From the NCBI GenBank assembly GCA_951406725.2, contig OX597818.1:65720001-65784000 (forward strand): a DNA stretch of 64,000 nt. The letters are read 5' to 3'. Shown here one piece after another: positions 25,948 through 38,135 of this stretch (position 1 is its first letter; each line of letters begins with the position of its first letter). The position numbers and the translations under genes were made by a program. This DNA is from Octopus vulgaris. Taxonomy: Eukaryota. The notes beneath the pieces are model-generated. The model saw only the letters and a list, made by a program, of their open reading frames with translations, was not told the origin of the DNA and did no database searches.

Positions 25948-27639
25948 TATTGATCCATTCTTGTTGTTTTTTTCTTATTACATATATATATATATACATA
26001 TGTAGGGGTGGGTGAATCTCTTCATGCATATTTACGGTCAAGTTAATCCTGGTGTATATCTTTACAGAATGCACACAAGTGCCACACAATATATTTTTAT
26101 TAGATTTGCGGCACATTCACACTTACTGTCATGTGTAAATTTATCAGTGTCTTATTTCTCGGACGAAAAAGATAAAATGGAATTGTTATCATAAAATATC
26201 AATTAGAATTTATTTCCACTTTATTGGAATCAATTAATCAGCCACTTCTAATTGTGTTCTTCAAGTAACATTTTTAGATTCATGAATACTGTAAAATTTA
26301 GATATTCTTTTATTTTGAAAAACAACGGAATCATGTTCGCCCCCTATAGCATCACTCGTACCTTGTCATACAACCTCACTAATACGATGCTGTCAGTGTT
26401 ATGGAGACATTGTACAGTAGGTTTACTTTCAGTTGTGATGGTCACATTGTAGAATGTTTACGTCTTGCACACATTTCTTTAGAGAATATCTTGGTCATGC
26501 GCATACTTTATTTGCACATCAAACTTGGGATATTATTACAAAGATGCTTCGTTATTCTAATGAAAAAGTCCTTGTTTCGTAAACAACGTATGTTTCTAAA
26601 ACTATTTCACAATTCATGTTATAAATTACACTCCTGAAATATTCCAGGAAAAATCATCTCCAACACAAAAATATTACACTCGAAATATTTTATCAATCTT
26701 TTGAATCAAAGATAAAAGTATAATAAAAATCAGTGGCAAATTGCGGGACATATACGGCACCAGGCAAATAAGCATTTATATATACGGAGACAAAGTTCAT
26801 AAGAGCGGAACACACTCAGAGATAAGGAGGCTATTTACGATTCTTGTATTAGCAAGTATTTTCATCTAGTATTTTAAGATCTGACTGAAGCAATACAATC
26901 GTCATTTACCAATGTGATAAGAGCAAACCGTTTTGTTATTACAAGGAAACACGATTATGTTACAAAAACTTATCTGTGATAAGAGAAAATCCTTGAAAGT
27001 GAAGAAAAAAAATACATGAATACATTAATTAACTCATTTACAGCTAATTCCCGCTGCTGGTGCAGAGATAGTGAATATATAATGTTCAACCCGGTCGGCT
27101 GTTTCACCGGCTTAAAGCCTCGAAAACATAACGAATTCGACAAAAATCAATATACAACCATCGGTTCGACAGTTTGATTATTATCATTTTGAGAATTATC
27201 AGACAGTTAGAAGTATTTTCACTATATATATATACTATTGATGTAGTAATATTTTTTTAATTTAGTGGTAATTATGCATGTTCCTGTTGTCTATACTCAA
27301 TCTAATAAAACTACCTCATATTTTAAGGTATTTCATCCAGTCATTTTATCCCGCTCAGGGAACCTGTGAGGTTCGTGGGGGTAGAGTTCTCCATATGGCT
27401 TCATAAGTGTCAGCCATCGGTAAATATTCCTGGTGAATACCTAGGAAACACAACCAATGTCTCCTTATAACACCCGCCTTAAAACACGTTGCAGACATAC
27501 TACTTGTGGTAGCGGCATTTGGAGGAGGAGCAGATAATACATTGTTTTGACCAAAGGCCATTACCTAAAGATGAACTATTCGACTTCAGTATTTATATTT
27601 TTTAAAGTTTAGTATTTTCCTTTCTGTACGACGATGCTA

Positions 27640-27876
27640 ACGAATTAAAAGTGGTTAGCACGTGGTTGGGAACAAACACAAACCTACATACACCACCCAA
27701 AACACACACACACACACACACACACATACACACAAACAGACACACATATATATATACTTTCATATATGATAACCTTCCACTCAGTTTCTTCCTATTTATC
27801 TCCCAACGCAATGGGATTGAACCGAAGACATGTGGTTGCGTGGTGAGCTTCTTACCCGTACCTCCAAGCCAGCGCC
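27640..27876 (-). mobile_element. SINE family A, decayed and internally deleted
   Basis: cgcaatgggattgaaccg...catgtggttg...cttcttacc...gcgcc head plus CA tract. Confidence 0.65.
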
Positions 27877-28074
27877 TGTCTATTTCCTAATAGAAAATGA
27901 CCGTATAATAATCGAAGGACAATAATGATTATACTCCACCCTTTGTTACCAATGTGAAATAATCTGCGAAGGAAACTCGAAGGGGATTTCAAACAAATTG
28001 ACATTCTCAAATACAAAACAAAATAAACTTTTAGCCGCACTGGCAAAACATTACCTCCACGTAAGCCAAAATAT

Positions 28075-28340
28075 CGTCATCATGATCATCATGATCATCA
28101 TCATAATTTAGCGTCCGTTGTCCATGCTGGCAGGGATTGGTCGGTTTGAACATGGGTGGCAAGTTGGAAGGTTTCAGCAGGCCCCAACCTGATTTGTATG
28201 GTTTCTACGGTTTGATGCCATTCCAAACGACAACCACTCCGGGAGTGTAATTGGTGTTTTATGTTCTATTTGTGCGACACTGGTATTTGTCACGACTGTG
28301 ATTTTACGTGGTTTGATGGTTTCTCTTCTGAAGTACCACT
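28075..28340 (-). mobile_element. Decayed SINE-like repeat with (GAT)n tail
   Basis: (CAT)n followed by tttagcgtccgttgtccatgctggc ... ggtttctacggtttgatgccattcc; family recognised from memory only. Confidence 0.55.
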
Positions 28341-28769
28341 GCCTAATACAAAATGCAGCAACTAAGCAAATTCTCTTATACTCTTCAGATATGAAAGAAG
28401 GGAAATCATTATTCTGATAAGGAAAGAGGAACCGTTCATATTTCATAATTAATAAAACAATATAAAATCATGCCTTTCCTAGAATATTTTCAAAGTGAAC
28501 TATCTTCTGCAAATTCTTTCACTCAAGTATTCTTTCCCTCGGTAGAATTTGAACGTAGCGCAGGCGAAATGCCGCTTACCATTTCGCCTGGAATGATAAC
28601 TTTACTGCCCGCCCGGCATTTTAAACACACTTAGATAATGCCTGACCGAAACAGTACCACAACGATGGCATGACCATCCCCTATTATTGCTTGTCTGTGA
28701 TACAGGCCTGTCAATATTAGGAGATGGATGTTACTCGAGATTCAACCAACTCGCGTATTAAGGATAATT

Positions 28770-28983
28770 CTTTCTACAATAAGCACAAGGCCTGGTACTT
28801 TGTGGGAGGGCACTAGTCAATTACATCGACCCCAGTGTTTTGCTGCTAATTAATTTACCGACCCCGTAAGGATGAAAGGCAATGTCGATCTCGGCGGAAT
28901 TTGAACTCAGAATGTGGCGATGTGCGAGAAACATCTAAGCATTTTGTCCAGCGCGTTAACGAATCTGCCAGCTCGTTGCCTTC
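28770..28983 (-). mobile_element. SINE family B (Meta-domain-like core)
   Basis: Head aaggcaacgagctggcaga, B box gagttcaaattcc, core gcctttcatccttacggggtcggtaaatt. Confidence 0.88.
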
Positions 28984-29043
28984 AATAATAATCATGATGA
29001 TGATGATAAAAATTAAAACAATAAAAATAATGAAAATCAAAAC

Positions 29044-29133
<90 letters not shown>
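29044..29133. repeat. (AAT)n microsatellite
   Basis: Pure triplet tract; source of the poly-Ile ORFs. Confidence 0.97.
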
Positions 29134-29134
<1 letters not shown>

Positions 29135-29527
29135 GTTTCAAATTTTGCCAGAAGGGCACCATTACTTTGCGCGGAGAGGGTGAGTCGATTATATCGACCC
29201 AAGTGTTTAAGTGGTACTTTATTTATTGACTCCCAAAGGATGAATGGCAACGTCAACCTGGGCGGAATTTGAACTCCGAAAGTACCAACGGGCGAAATAC
29301 CTATTTATTTACTACCCACAAGGGGCTAAACACAGATAGGACAAACAAGGACAGACAAACGGATTAAGTCGATTAAATTGACCCAGTGCGTAACTGGTAC
29401 TTATTTAATCGACCCCGAAAGGATGAAAGGCAACGTCGACCTCGACGGAATTTGAACTCAGAACGTAGCGGCAGACGAAATACGGCTACGCATCTCGCCC
29501 GGCGCACTAATGATTCTGCCAGCTCAC
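29134..29527 (-). mobile_element. SINE family B, internally duplicated form
   Basis: Two tandem B-box plus core modules; flanked by (AAT)n on both sides. Confidence 0.9.
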
Positions 29528-29547
29528 CAACATCAATAACGATAATG

Positions 29548-29594
<47 letters not shown>

Positions 29595-30016
29595 CATAAT
29601 TATAACAGCAACAACGTTGAAAAAGCCAAAAGAAGCAATAGTGGAGAATCAAAATATGTTAAATATAATTCATTTTGTGATGTTAGCTTTGTTTCAGAAT
29701 TCTGTGTTAGCTTGGATAAAAGATAAGTTAAGAATATAGTGAAAAGAAAAAAAAAAACCGAATGAAGTTTTTATCCTCTTCAAAATTTGTAATGTTGATT
29801 ATATTCACTGACTGAATCCATAAAATGAAGAAAAAACAAAAAAAAAAAAACACGAGCAGTAAACAATGTTGTGTTAAAAATTACAGTTGCATCGAGTATA
29901 ATTAGTGCAAATCACTGATGAGTCAATTATTTCGCTGCGCCTTTTCATGTACGAGCGTAGTTTAATATATTATTGTTACGTTCACTATCTCAACTGTTAT
30001 TAATCATTCGTTGTCC

Positions 30017-30226
30017 CCGTCGTCGTCGTCGTCACCACCACCACAACACCACCGCCATCATCATCATCATCATCATCATCATCATTATCATCATTCTTCT
30101 TCTTCTCCTTCGTCTTATTTTTATTATTATTGTTATTATTATCATTATTATTTTTATTATTATTATTATTAGTAGTAATAGTAGTAGCAATAGTGGTAGT
30201 GATGGTGGTGGTGGTGGTGGTGGTGT

Positions 30227-30267
<41 letters not shown>

Positions 30268-30437
30268 TTATATTTGTTGTTCTTCATGTTGCTGCTACTA
30301 CGGATGTTACAGTCGTTGTTGAAAGGGTTGGTGTTGTACATGTCTTTTTTTTTGCTGTTATACTCTGAAATATAATCACACCAACATCATCATCATTGTT
30401 CTTCTTCTTCTTCTTCTTCTTCTTCTTCTTCTTCGTC

Positions 30438-30498
<61 letters not shown>

Positions 30499-30510
30499 CA
30501 TCATCATCAC
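30017..30510. repeat. Compound trinucleotide repeat block
   Basis: Consecutive (CGT), (CAC), (CAT), (CTT), (TAT), (TAG), (TGG), (TAG), (CTT), (TAT) tracts. Confidence 0.95.
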
Positions 30511-31081
30511 TAATGTTATTCTTTGTTTCATATTTTGAAATAAAAGCTTTGATCAGAATTTTTAAAGTTGTAATTAATGAAGGAAACTTGACTAGTGATG
30601 ATTAGTTTTATAGCTTTTTAAACTTAGAATTATTGAATTTCAAACTTTTATGAGTTGCTAGTTATAAATTTCATTTGCAAAAACACGACAACAAGCAAAT
30701 CACCTTTAATCTGAAATAGTTGTGAGAATCATGGCAATATATATCGATCACCTCTAGATTTTTGTTTGGATTTCTTCGAAGCTTTAATTTTCTATTGAGT
30801 GTATCTTTGTAATTTGAGCGGTCCAATATTTTGAGCAAATTGAACTTTTTGACATACAGATCACGAGACTAAACGTTGCCATTATTATAGGCTGATAAGA
30901 AGCAGAAATAAAGGCGAAATTTGATATTAGAGACAGACAGCTTATGTTTTTATTCAGATGAAATCCTGTGTCAAATCTTTATATTCTTTTAAACTGTCTA
31001 CTTTATACCACACAAGGCAGTGCTCCATTTTTTTCAGAGATTAAAATTAACCCATATCTATTCAGTACATATATATTTACA

Positions 31082-31250
31082 TAGACGCAAGCGTGTCTGT
31101 GTGGTAAGAAGCTAGCTTCAAAACCCCCAGAGTTCCGGGTTCAGTCTCACAGACAGATAACTTGGTCAGCTATCATTTACAATATCTCCGGTCCGAGCCA
31201 AATCTTGTGAGTGGATTTGTTAGACGGGATCTAAGACAAGCCCGTCATTT
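31082..31250 (+). mobile_element. SINE family A, 5' half
   Basis: ctgtgtggtaagaagct ... gttccgggttcagtc ... cttgtgagtggattt ... aagcccgtc. Confidence 0.8.
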
Positions 31251-31294
31251 ATACACTGACACATACACACATATATATATGCATATATACGTAA

Positions 31295-31328
<34 letters not shown>

Positions 31329-31509
31329 TTTATTTTAAGCGCAGAAAATCAACAAAATATAGTTTCTCGTTGCCGTTCATCAGACAATATATACTGGTAT
31401 TTGAGTATACCTTGTTTCACATTTATGTGTTTATATATATATATATATATATTAGTAAAAATTAAGTGATTAAACAAAACGATTACAGTTCGCTCTCAGG
31501 TAATCAAAA

Positions 31510-32150
31510 TATTAGGTTGCCTCACATGAAACGTCGTATTTGAAAAAGGAAACATTAACCTTTTTTTAAGCTTTAGCATATTTATTTATTTAATCAAAAT
31601 ATGATCCTTGTTCATTTATGAACTGTATCCATCTTTCCTCCATTACACGCATTCCATCTTCAAAAAAACATTGTCATCTTTTACATTGATAAACTGTTCT
31701 TACGTTTCAATTACCGCTTCTTTATTTAAGAATGTTTTTATTGTGTATAGCAAGCTCCAAGTGTTTGAACACGTGAGAATCACTGAGAGATATATCAGGA
31801 GAATAAGGAGCATATGGCAAACTTTCATAATTCCGGTTTTGCAACTTGTGGACCGTAGTTTGAAAAAAGTGAAGCATGGATAATCATGGAGCAAAATTAA
31901 GCCATCTCTATTCACTAATCTAGGATAATTCTTTTCCTTTTAATTTGCCAAGCATACAATCAATTTCGTGACCATAGGATGCTGTTGTAACAGTTTTTCG
32001 CTGTTGCAAATGACCACCATGCTGTGACCATCAACCTTTTAAGGGTGCAATGGTGGTTTCGGGTAGAGTTTTGGTGATTCTCCTGCATCTTATAATGTCC
32101 TGCCCTGCACTTGTCAAAGTGTATCCATTTCTCATCACACGCAATGAGTC
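31510..32150 (-). mobile_element. Mariner transposon fossil (3' half of transposase plus one TIR)
   Basis: IACDEKWIHFD, LMVTAWWS, ILLHD, APYSPDISLSDSHVF and terminal QGSYFD*. TIR-like TATTAGGTTG at 31510. Frameshifted and cut by a SINE near 32150. Confidence 0.88.
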
Positions 32151-32151
32151 G

Positions 32152-32531
32152 ATACACAGAGGGGACAAACAAGGACAGAAAAACAGATTAAGTCGATTAT
32201 ATCAACCCCAGTGCGTAACTGGTACTTAATTTATCGGCCCCGAAAGGATGAAACGCAAAGTCGACCTCGATGGAATTTGAACTCACAACGTAACGACAGA
32301 CGAAATACCTATTTCTTTACTACCCATATGGGGCTAAACACAGAGAGGACAATCAAGGACAGACAAAGGAATTAAGTCGATTATATCGATCTCCAGTACG
32401 TAACTGGTACTTAATTTATAGACCATCAAAAGGATGAAAGGCAAATTCGGCCTCTGCGGAATTTCAACTCAGACGAAATGAGGCTACACATTTCGCCCGG
32501 CGTGCTAACATTTCTGCCAGCTCGCCACCTT
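32152..32531 (-). mobile_element. SINE family B, tandemly duplicated form
   Basis: Head at 32531; two core and tail modules. Confidence 0.9.
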
Positions 32532-33924
32532 ATTTCACTTTCAATCTAAATAGTAATTCAGTATGACACACGTTTAATTGGTATTATAAATTGTATTTCA
32601 TGCATATACACTCGAGCTGAAAAAATTGAATATGTAAAGATTATTATCCATAAAATTATGTCCTAAACTGTAAAAGCCAACTTCAGCTTTTCTTCCGACA
32701 AATACGCCACAATTAACCTTTAAGTGAGAAAAAAAATTTAATTTCTTCTCTGCAAGCTATGCCAGTTGTCCAAATTCGGTATGGTTGCCTATATTCGGTA
32801 ATATAATTGTTGTAGGAAATAAAAGCCCACATGTATATTGGAGTTTCCTCGTATCAAAGTTTGGTTTTGTTCAAAAGTCTGCATGCATATTTCGGATATG
32901 TATCGATCTCTTATAAATACATATGCGATTGCCTTTTTGCTATTTGCATTTGTTTGAAAAATCTGATCTATAAGTTTAATTTCCTTTGTGAGAAATGCCC
33001 GGGAAATGACAGGTATGTCACGGCTGGATTGCATAAGATAATGTTCAGATATCAATAGATATTATCAGAAATATCCTTGTACTAAATATCAATGAAAGTT
33101 TCTCTTTAAAAAATGCCCTCTTCGAATTGTATTCATGTACGGAATATATGTATGGTTATACAAGTATACGCATGTAAGGATTAATGCATACATATACACG
33201 CAGGTACACACAAACACACACATACTTACACATCTGTGTGGTATTTTAGTATATACATATGTATACGCACACAAACACGCTCACGTTAACACACACGTAC
33301 GCACGTATATATGCATAAACATATTTATATTCATATACACGTATTTACACATATCTATCTGCGTGTGTGTGTGTGTGTGTGTAAGTGTGCCTGTGTGCGT
33401 GTGTGTGTTTCTGTGTGTGTGTCTGTTTGTACCAGGTAAGAGCATATACTCTGAATGGCTCAAAGATTAATAAGTCCGTTTCACAATACTAACGTCGTGG
33501 TTTCGATACCGATCCGTTGCTTCTTGTAAGTATCATTTTTTTCTAGAATGTCTCCCCTACACCATAATTTATGAATGATGTCTGTGAGAGAAATGCTGGG
33601 CATAAGATTGTCCTTTGAACTGTAAGGGTAATTTGATATCCCGGTATATTTTTGATACAGCATTACGTTGTTTCTGGAACAGAATTATATTACGAGTACA
33701 AATGTCTGTGGAACATTCAAATAAGTCTACTTCATTCAATGAGTTTGGGAATTAGGTTGAATAAAACATCGGAAATCCGAAAACACACAATCACCAATGT
33801 GACACCGTATTTTACACATTAGCATCAAGTATAGGTCTCATTTTAATATCCTATAACAATTTAAAAGCAATCATTACAGGAATGTGTATGTTAAATGTAG
33901 TCAATCCATATATCTTTTATTTCT

Positions 33925-34297
33925 TAGTTGTTTCTAACATTCGACTGCGGCCATGCCAGGCCAACATCTTCAAGAATATATTGTCCATTTAATCAAATTC
34001 ATTACGTATTTTAAAAAGGGGGTTCGTACTTATTTGATTACTCTCATTTTCAAAACTGCTACGTTACGGGGAGCTAAACACAATAACACCCATTATTAAG
34101 CGGTGTTGCGGCAGACACACACACACATACATACATATGCATATTCGACGGGCGTCTGTCGTTTTTCACCTACCGAATCCACGACTAAGGCTTTGGACAG
34201 CCAGAGGCTAAAACAATTGTTCAAGGTGCCTCGCTCTTTGACTGAAACCTGCACCATGCGATTGGGAAGTAAGCTTCTTACCACTCAGCCATGCTCG
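33925..34297 (-). mobile_element. SINE family A, decayed
   Basis: gactgcggccatgc ... aaggctttgg ... aagcttcttaccac. Confidence 0.75.
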
Positions 34298-35627
34298 CGT
34301 CGTTGCAATACGTTCTCTCATTTATGCAGTTGTCCATCCATTCTAAGTTGTACTCTGTGACCTTATATTTATATAGACATATTCTAATTTTAATCAGTTC
34401 TAACCTTATCGATCACTTCGTTCTCCTCTCTCAATCGCTTCTCTCAATCTCCATTTTCTCTGTTTGGTTGTATATAGATTTCGTTATAAAGATTATAATT
34501 TGTTTCATCGATTTCGTGTGTGTGTGTTTGTGTTATATGATCCCATTGTATATATGTTTATAGCTACTATTTATAGATAGCTCTTGCCGTTGTAATTAAC
34601 TCATTGTAACCCGTGTATATAAGGGAATGCATATATCATATTTACTTCGGCCAGTAGCATGTTTTTAAATAACATGGATATATACATATCGTACGCCATG
34701 CAACGTAATTTCATGATTTATTAGAATAATATCCGCCCTTTGAGGACAGGTATTGAAGCCAAATATGTGTGACTGTATCTCTGCATGTATATATGTATGC
34801 ATGTATGTATGTGAATATGTATACATGTATATATATATATATGTACGTGTATGAGTGCGAGCGTGTGTCCATGTATGAGCGCACCATAGTTGATTAAGTC
34901 AATTCCTATAGACTAACTCTGATTTACTTCACTAACCAAAGATTTCTGATCTCTGAAAAGGCTGAATATTCGATTTTCTGAAATATATTCATTGCTAATA
35001 TCCCAAACTATCCATCTAATAGGAAGAATATTCTTTTCATGTATCTCAGCTCTAAGTCGCGCATTCATGTATACATTACCATTTCCGATCTTATCAAATT
35101 TTCTGATTAATACTGTATCATATCCTTCCTCGTCAAAACAATCGTACGTAAAGCCAGCTACTCGATGGAGGATTATCATAAATATTCTTACAACCATTAA
35201 CAACAAATGTGCTTTAAAACTGATTAATTTAAGTAGATCTAATCACAAATACACATGATATTGCATAGCATCCTTCACGTAAACGGCGTTAATTTCTCCT
35301 TTACCATTCCTATCACTCTGGTAGATAAGCATTACTTTCACACTTAAAGAAAGGAACGCCTTTATGCTCTGCAAAACCCAGAACATCGCTCCTAAGATAT
35401 CATTGCATTTCGCTTTGCTTCGCACACTTAGTAATTTTATACTTACTTCAAGTGATAATGGATCAATATTTTTCTAGAATTGTGCAGTCGATTACACAAA
35501 TAATAACTAAGGTGAGTTTTCTATTCTATTTTACAAAACAAAATATGAAATATATATATTCTTTTTTTTTGCTATCAACTTATTAAGGATTCTAACGTGA
35601 AAACGCCCGCAATTTCTGTTGACTGTA

Positions 35628-35995
35628 AAGGCGGCGAGCTGGCAGTAACGTTAGCCCGCAGGGCGAAATGCGTAGCCGTATTTCGTCTGCCGTTACGTTC
35701 TGAGTTCAAATTCCGCTGAGGTCGACTTTGCTTTTCATCCTTTCAGGGTCGATTAAATAAGTACCAGTTACGCACTGGGGTTGATTTAATCGACTTAATC
35801 CGTCTCTGTCCTTGTTTGTCCCCTCTGTGTTTAGCCCCTTGTGGGTATTGAAGAAATAGAAATAGGTATTTTGGCTGTTTTTACGTTCTGACTTCAAATT
35901 CTGCCGAGGTTGACTTTATCTTTCATCCTTTCGGGGTCGATAGATTAAGTACCAGTTGCGTACTGGGGTCGATCTAATCGACTGGCCACTTCCCC
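35628..35995 (+). mobile_element. SINE family B, internally duplicated form
   Basis: aaggcggcgagctggcag head; core tttcatcctttc.gggtcgat occurs twice. Confidence 0.92.
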
Positions 35996-36036
35996 AAATA
36001 TTTTTCTACAATTGTGCTGTCAGTTACACGAGTAAG

Positions 36037-36397
36037 CGTCGTCGTGGCACTCCGTCGGTTACGACGACGTGAGTTCTTTTTGATCCAATCAACTCGTGAA
36101 GTTAACGTGCAAGTGGCTTAGCGTTCCACAAACACGTGTACCCTTCCCATAATTCTAGGAGAGATTCAAAATGACACAGAGTCTGACAATGCTGGCCTTT
36201 TAAAATACAGGCACAACAGAAACTGGAAGAAAGAGTGATAGAAAGTTGTGGTGAAAGTGCACAGCTGGTTTCCCCCCACCTTCTCTGGAGCCTCGTAGCA
36301 CTTTAGATGTTTTCGCTCAATAAAACACTCACAACGCCCGCTCTGGGAATCGAAACCGCGAGTCCGCTGCCCTAATCACTGAGCCATTGCACCTCCA
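36037..36397 (-). mobile_element. tRNA-derived SINE, family C
   Basis: Minus-strand head tggaggtgcaatggctcagtgattagggcagcggactcgcggtttcgattccc with A and B boxes. Confidence 0.85.
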
Positions 36398-36577
36398 CTG
36401 CACAGAAATAAGAACTAAGGACTCTAATCAGTATAGGTGATATTTCTTTTGTAGTTTACATAATAAGTTATTAAATTTTTATTTCTTTTTTCTTCACTAT
36501 CAACTTATTAAATACTCTAACGTGAAAGCACCCGTAATTTCTGTTTCATTTGCATCACAAAATTATATAGTTTATCT

Positions 36578-36809
36578 GTTTCTTTACTACCCACAAGGGG
36601 CTAAACATAGAGGGGACAAACAAGGACAGACAAACGAATTAAGTCGATTACATCGACTCCAGTGCGTAACTGGTACTAAATTTATCGACCCCGAAAGAAT
36701 GAAAGGCAAAATCGACCTTGGCGGAATTTGAACTCAGAACGTAGCTGCAGACGAAATACGGCTACGCATTTCGCCCGGCGTGCTAACGATTCTGCCAGCT
36801 CGCCGCCTT
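36578..36809 (-). mobile_element. SINE family B, monomer
   Basis: Full head and core. Imperfect flanking duplication atcacaaaattat / atcacagaattat. Confidence 0.92.
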
Positions 36810-37069
36810 ATCACAGAATTATGCATGTTATCTCAACCAGCAGGGAATTATTTCCAATGAAACGGGTCTGAAAATAATTTTCTCACATTCGGCCTATATG
36901 AAACTAAACGACAAGTGTTGCAGCATCGGTTAAATGCCAAGTGTAATTCCTATGAACTGAGCTCCATTCCTGGTTTGGACTACTTTGCATTTTGTCTCTG
37001 CATGGTGGACAAAATAATCACAATTTCAGAAATCAGAATATCGAAATTTTTAATATTCGAAGAGATATC

Positions 37070-37306
37070 TTTATTCTTTTACTTGTTTCAGTGAGTTGAC
37101 TGCGGCCATGCTAGTCGGGCAAATCAACCCAAGGAGTATTCTTTGTAAGCCTAGTACTTATTCTATCGGTCTCTCTTGACTAACCGCTAAATTACGGCGA
37201 TGTAAACACACCGACATCGGTTGTCAAGCGATAGTGGAGTGACAAACACAGTCACATAACGTACAACACACACACAAACAGGCAGACACGAAAACACACA
37301 CACATA

Positions 37307-37351
<45 letters not shown>

Positions 37352-37462
37352 GACGGGCTTCTTTCAGTTTTCGTCTACTAAATCTACTCAAAAGGCATTG
37401 GTTGGCCCGAGGCCATAGTAGAAGACACTCGACCAAGGTGCCACCCGGAGCTGAACCCGGAG
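37070..37462 (-). mobile_element. SINE family A, head truncated
   Basis: Colinear with the other family A copies; central (TA)n. Confidence 0.9.
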
Positions 37463-37774
37463 CCTTACAAGAAGGAAGTTCTGTGTGCTTGTTTAGTTGT
37501 TGGAGATGTTGTTCTGACGTTGGGCGTAAGATTTTTCTATGGATCATTGTCTTCTGTTCGGGGTCAGAAATCACTCAAATTGCGTGTCTCCCTACACAAA
37601 ATGTGCATATACGATTAACGAATGTATCTTGCACGTAATACTAATAGGTAAAAAATGTTAACTGTAAGAATATATGTGGCTTGGATTTTATCATATACCA
37701 CTAAGAGGACATTTTTCACATAGACGTCAATATTGAGAGGAAATACTGGGTTCAACGTACACCTTTCTCAAATG

Positions 37775-38135
37775 AACTTGTGGTTGTGTGGTAAAAAGAT
37801 TCTTTCTTAAGTACAGGGTTTGTGTTTCGACCTTGCGTCGTGTCGCTTTGGACAAGAGTCTTCTACTAAAAGCCTGGATCGACCAAAACTTTTTCGAAGA
37901 TTTTGTAATGTGAAAACTGAAAGAAGACCGTCCTTTTTTTTCTGTTTGTGTGTTTGTTTGTCCCCCACCTCCAGTTGACAACGGTTGGCGCTTCTTCAAA
38001 AGAAACCTATTGAATAAAGACCAGGTTTAAAATAAGTGCTGCGGTCGATTCGGTTGACTATACATTCTCCAAGTAGATGCTCCAGCATGGCTACAGTCTT
38101 ATACCTGAAACAAATGGAAGATCAAAATTAAAAGA
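37775..38135 (+). mobile_element. SINE family A, decayed
   Basis: gtggttgtgtggtaa ... tcttctacta ... aaactgaaagaag ... gctccagcatggc. Confidence 0.8.

Larger units (their letters stand above)
22961..25980. mobile_element. Large foldback element with ~350-bp inverted arms, each holding a hammerhead; nested LINE
   Basis: Arms 23071-23420 and 25612-25980 are nearly identical; the right arm has an extra 17-bp duplication near 25817-25850. Left-only extension 22961-23070; (TA)n flanks. Confidence 0.9.
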
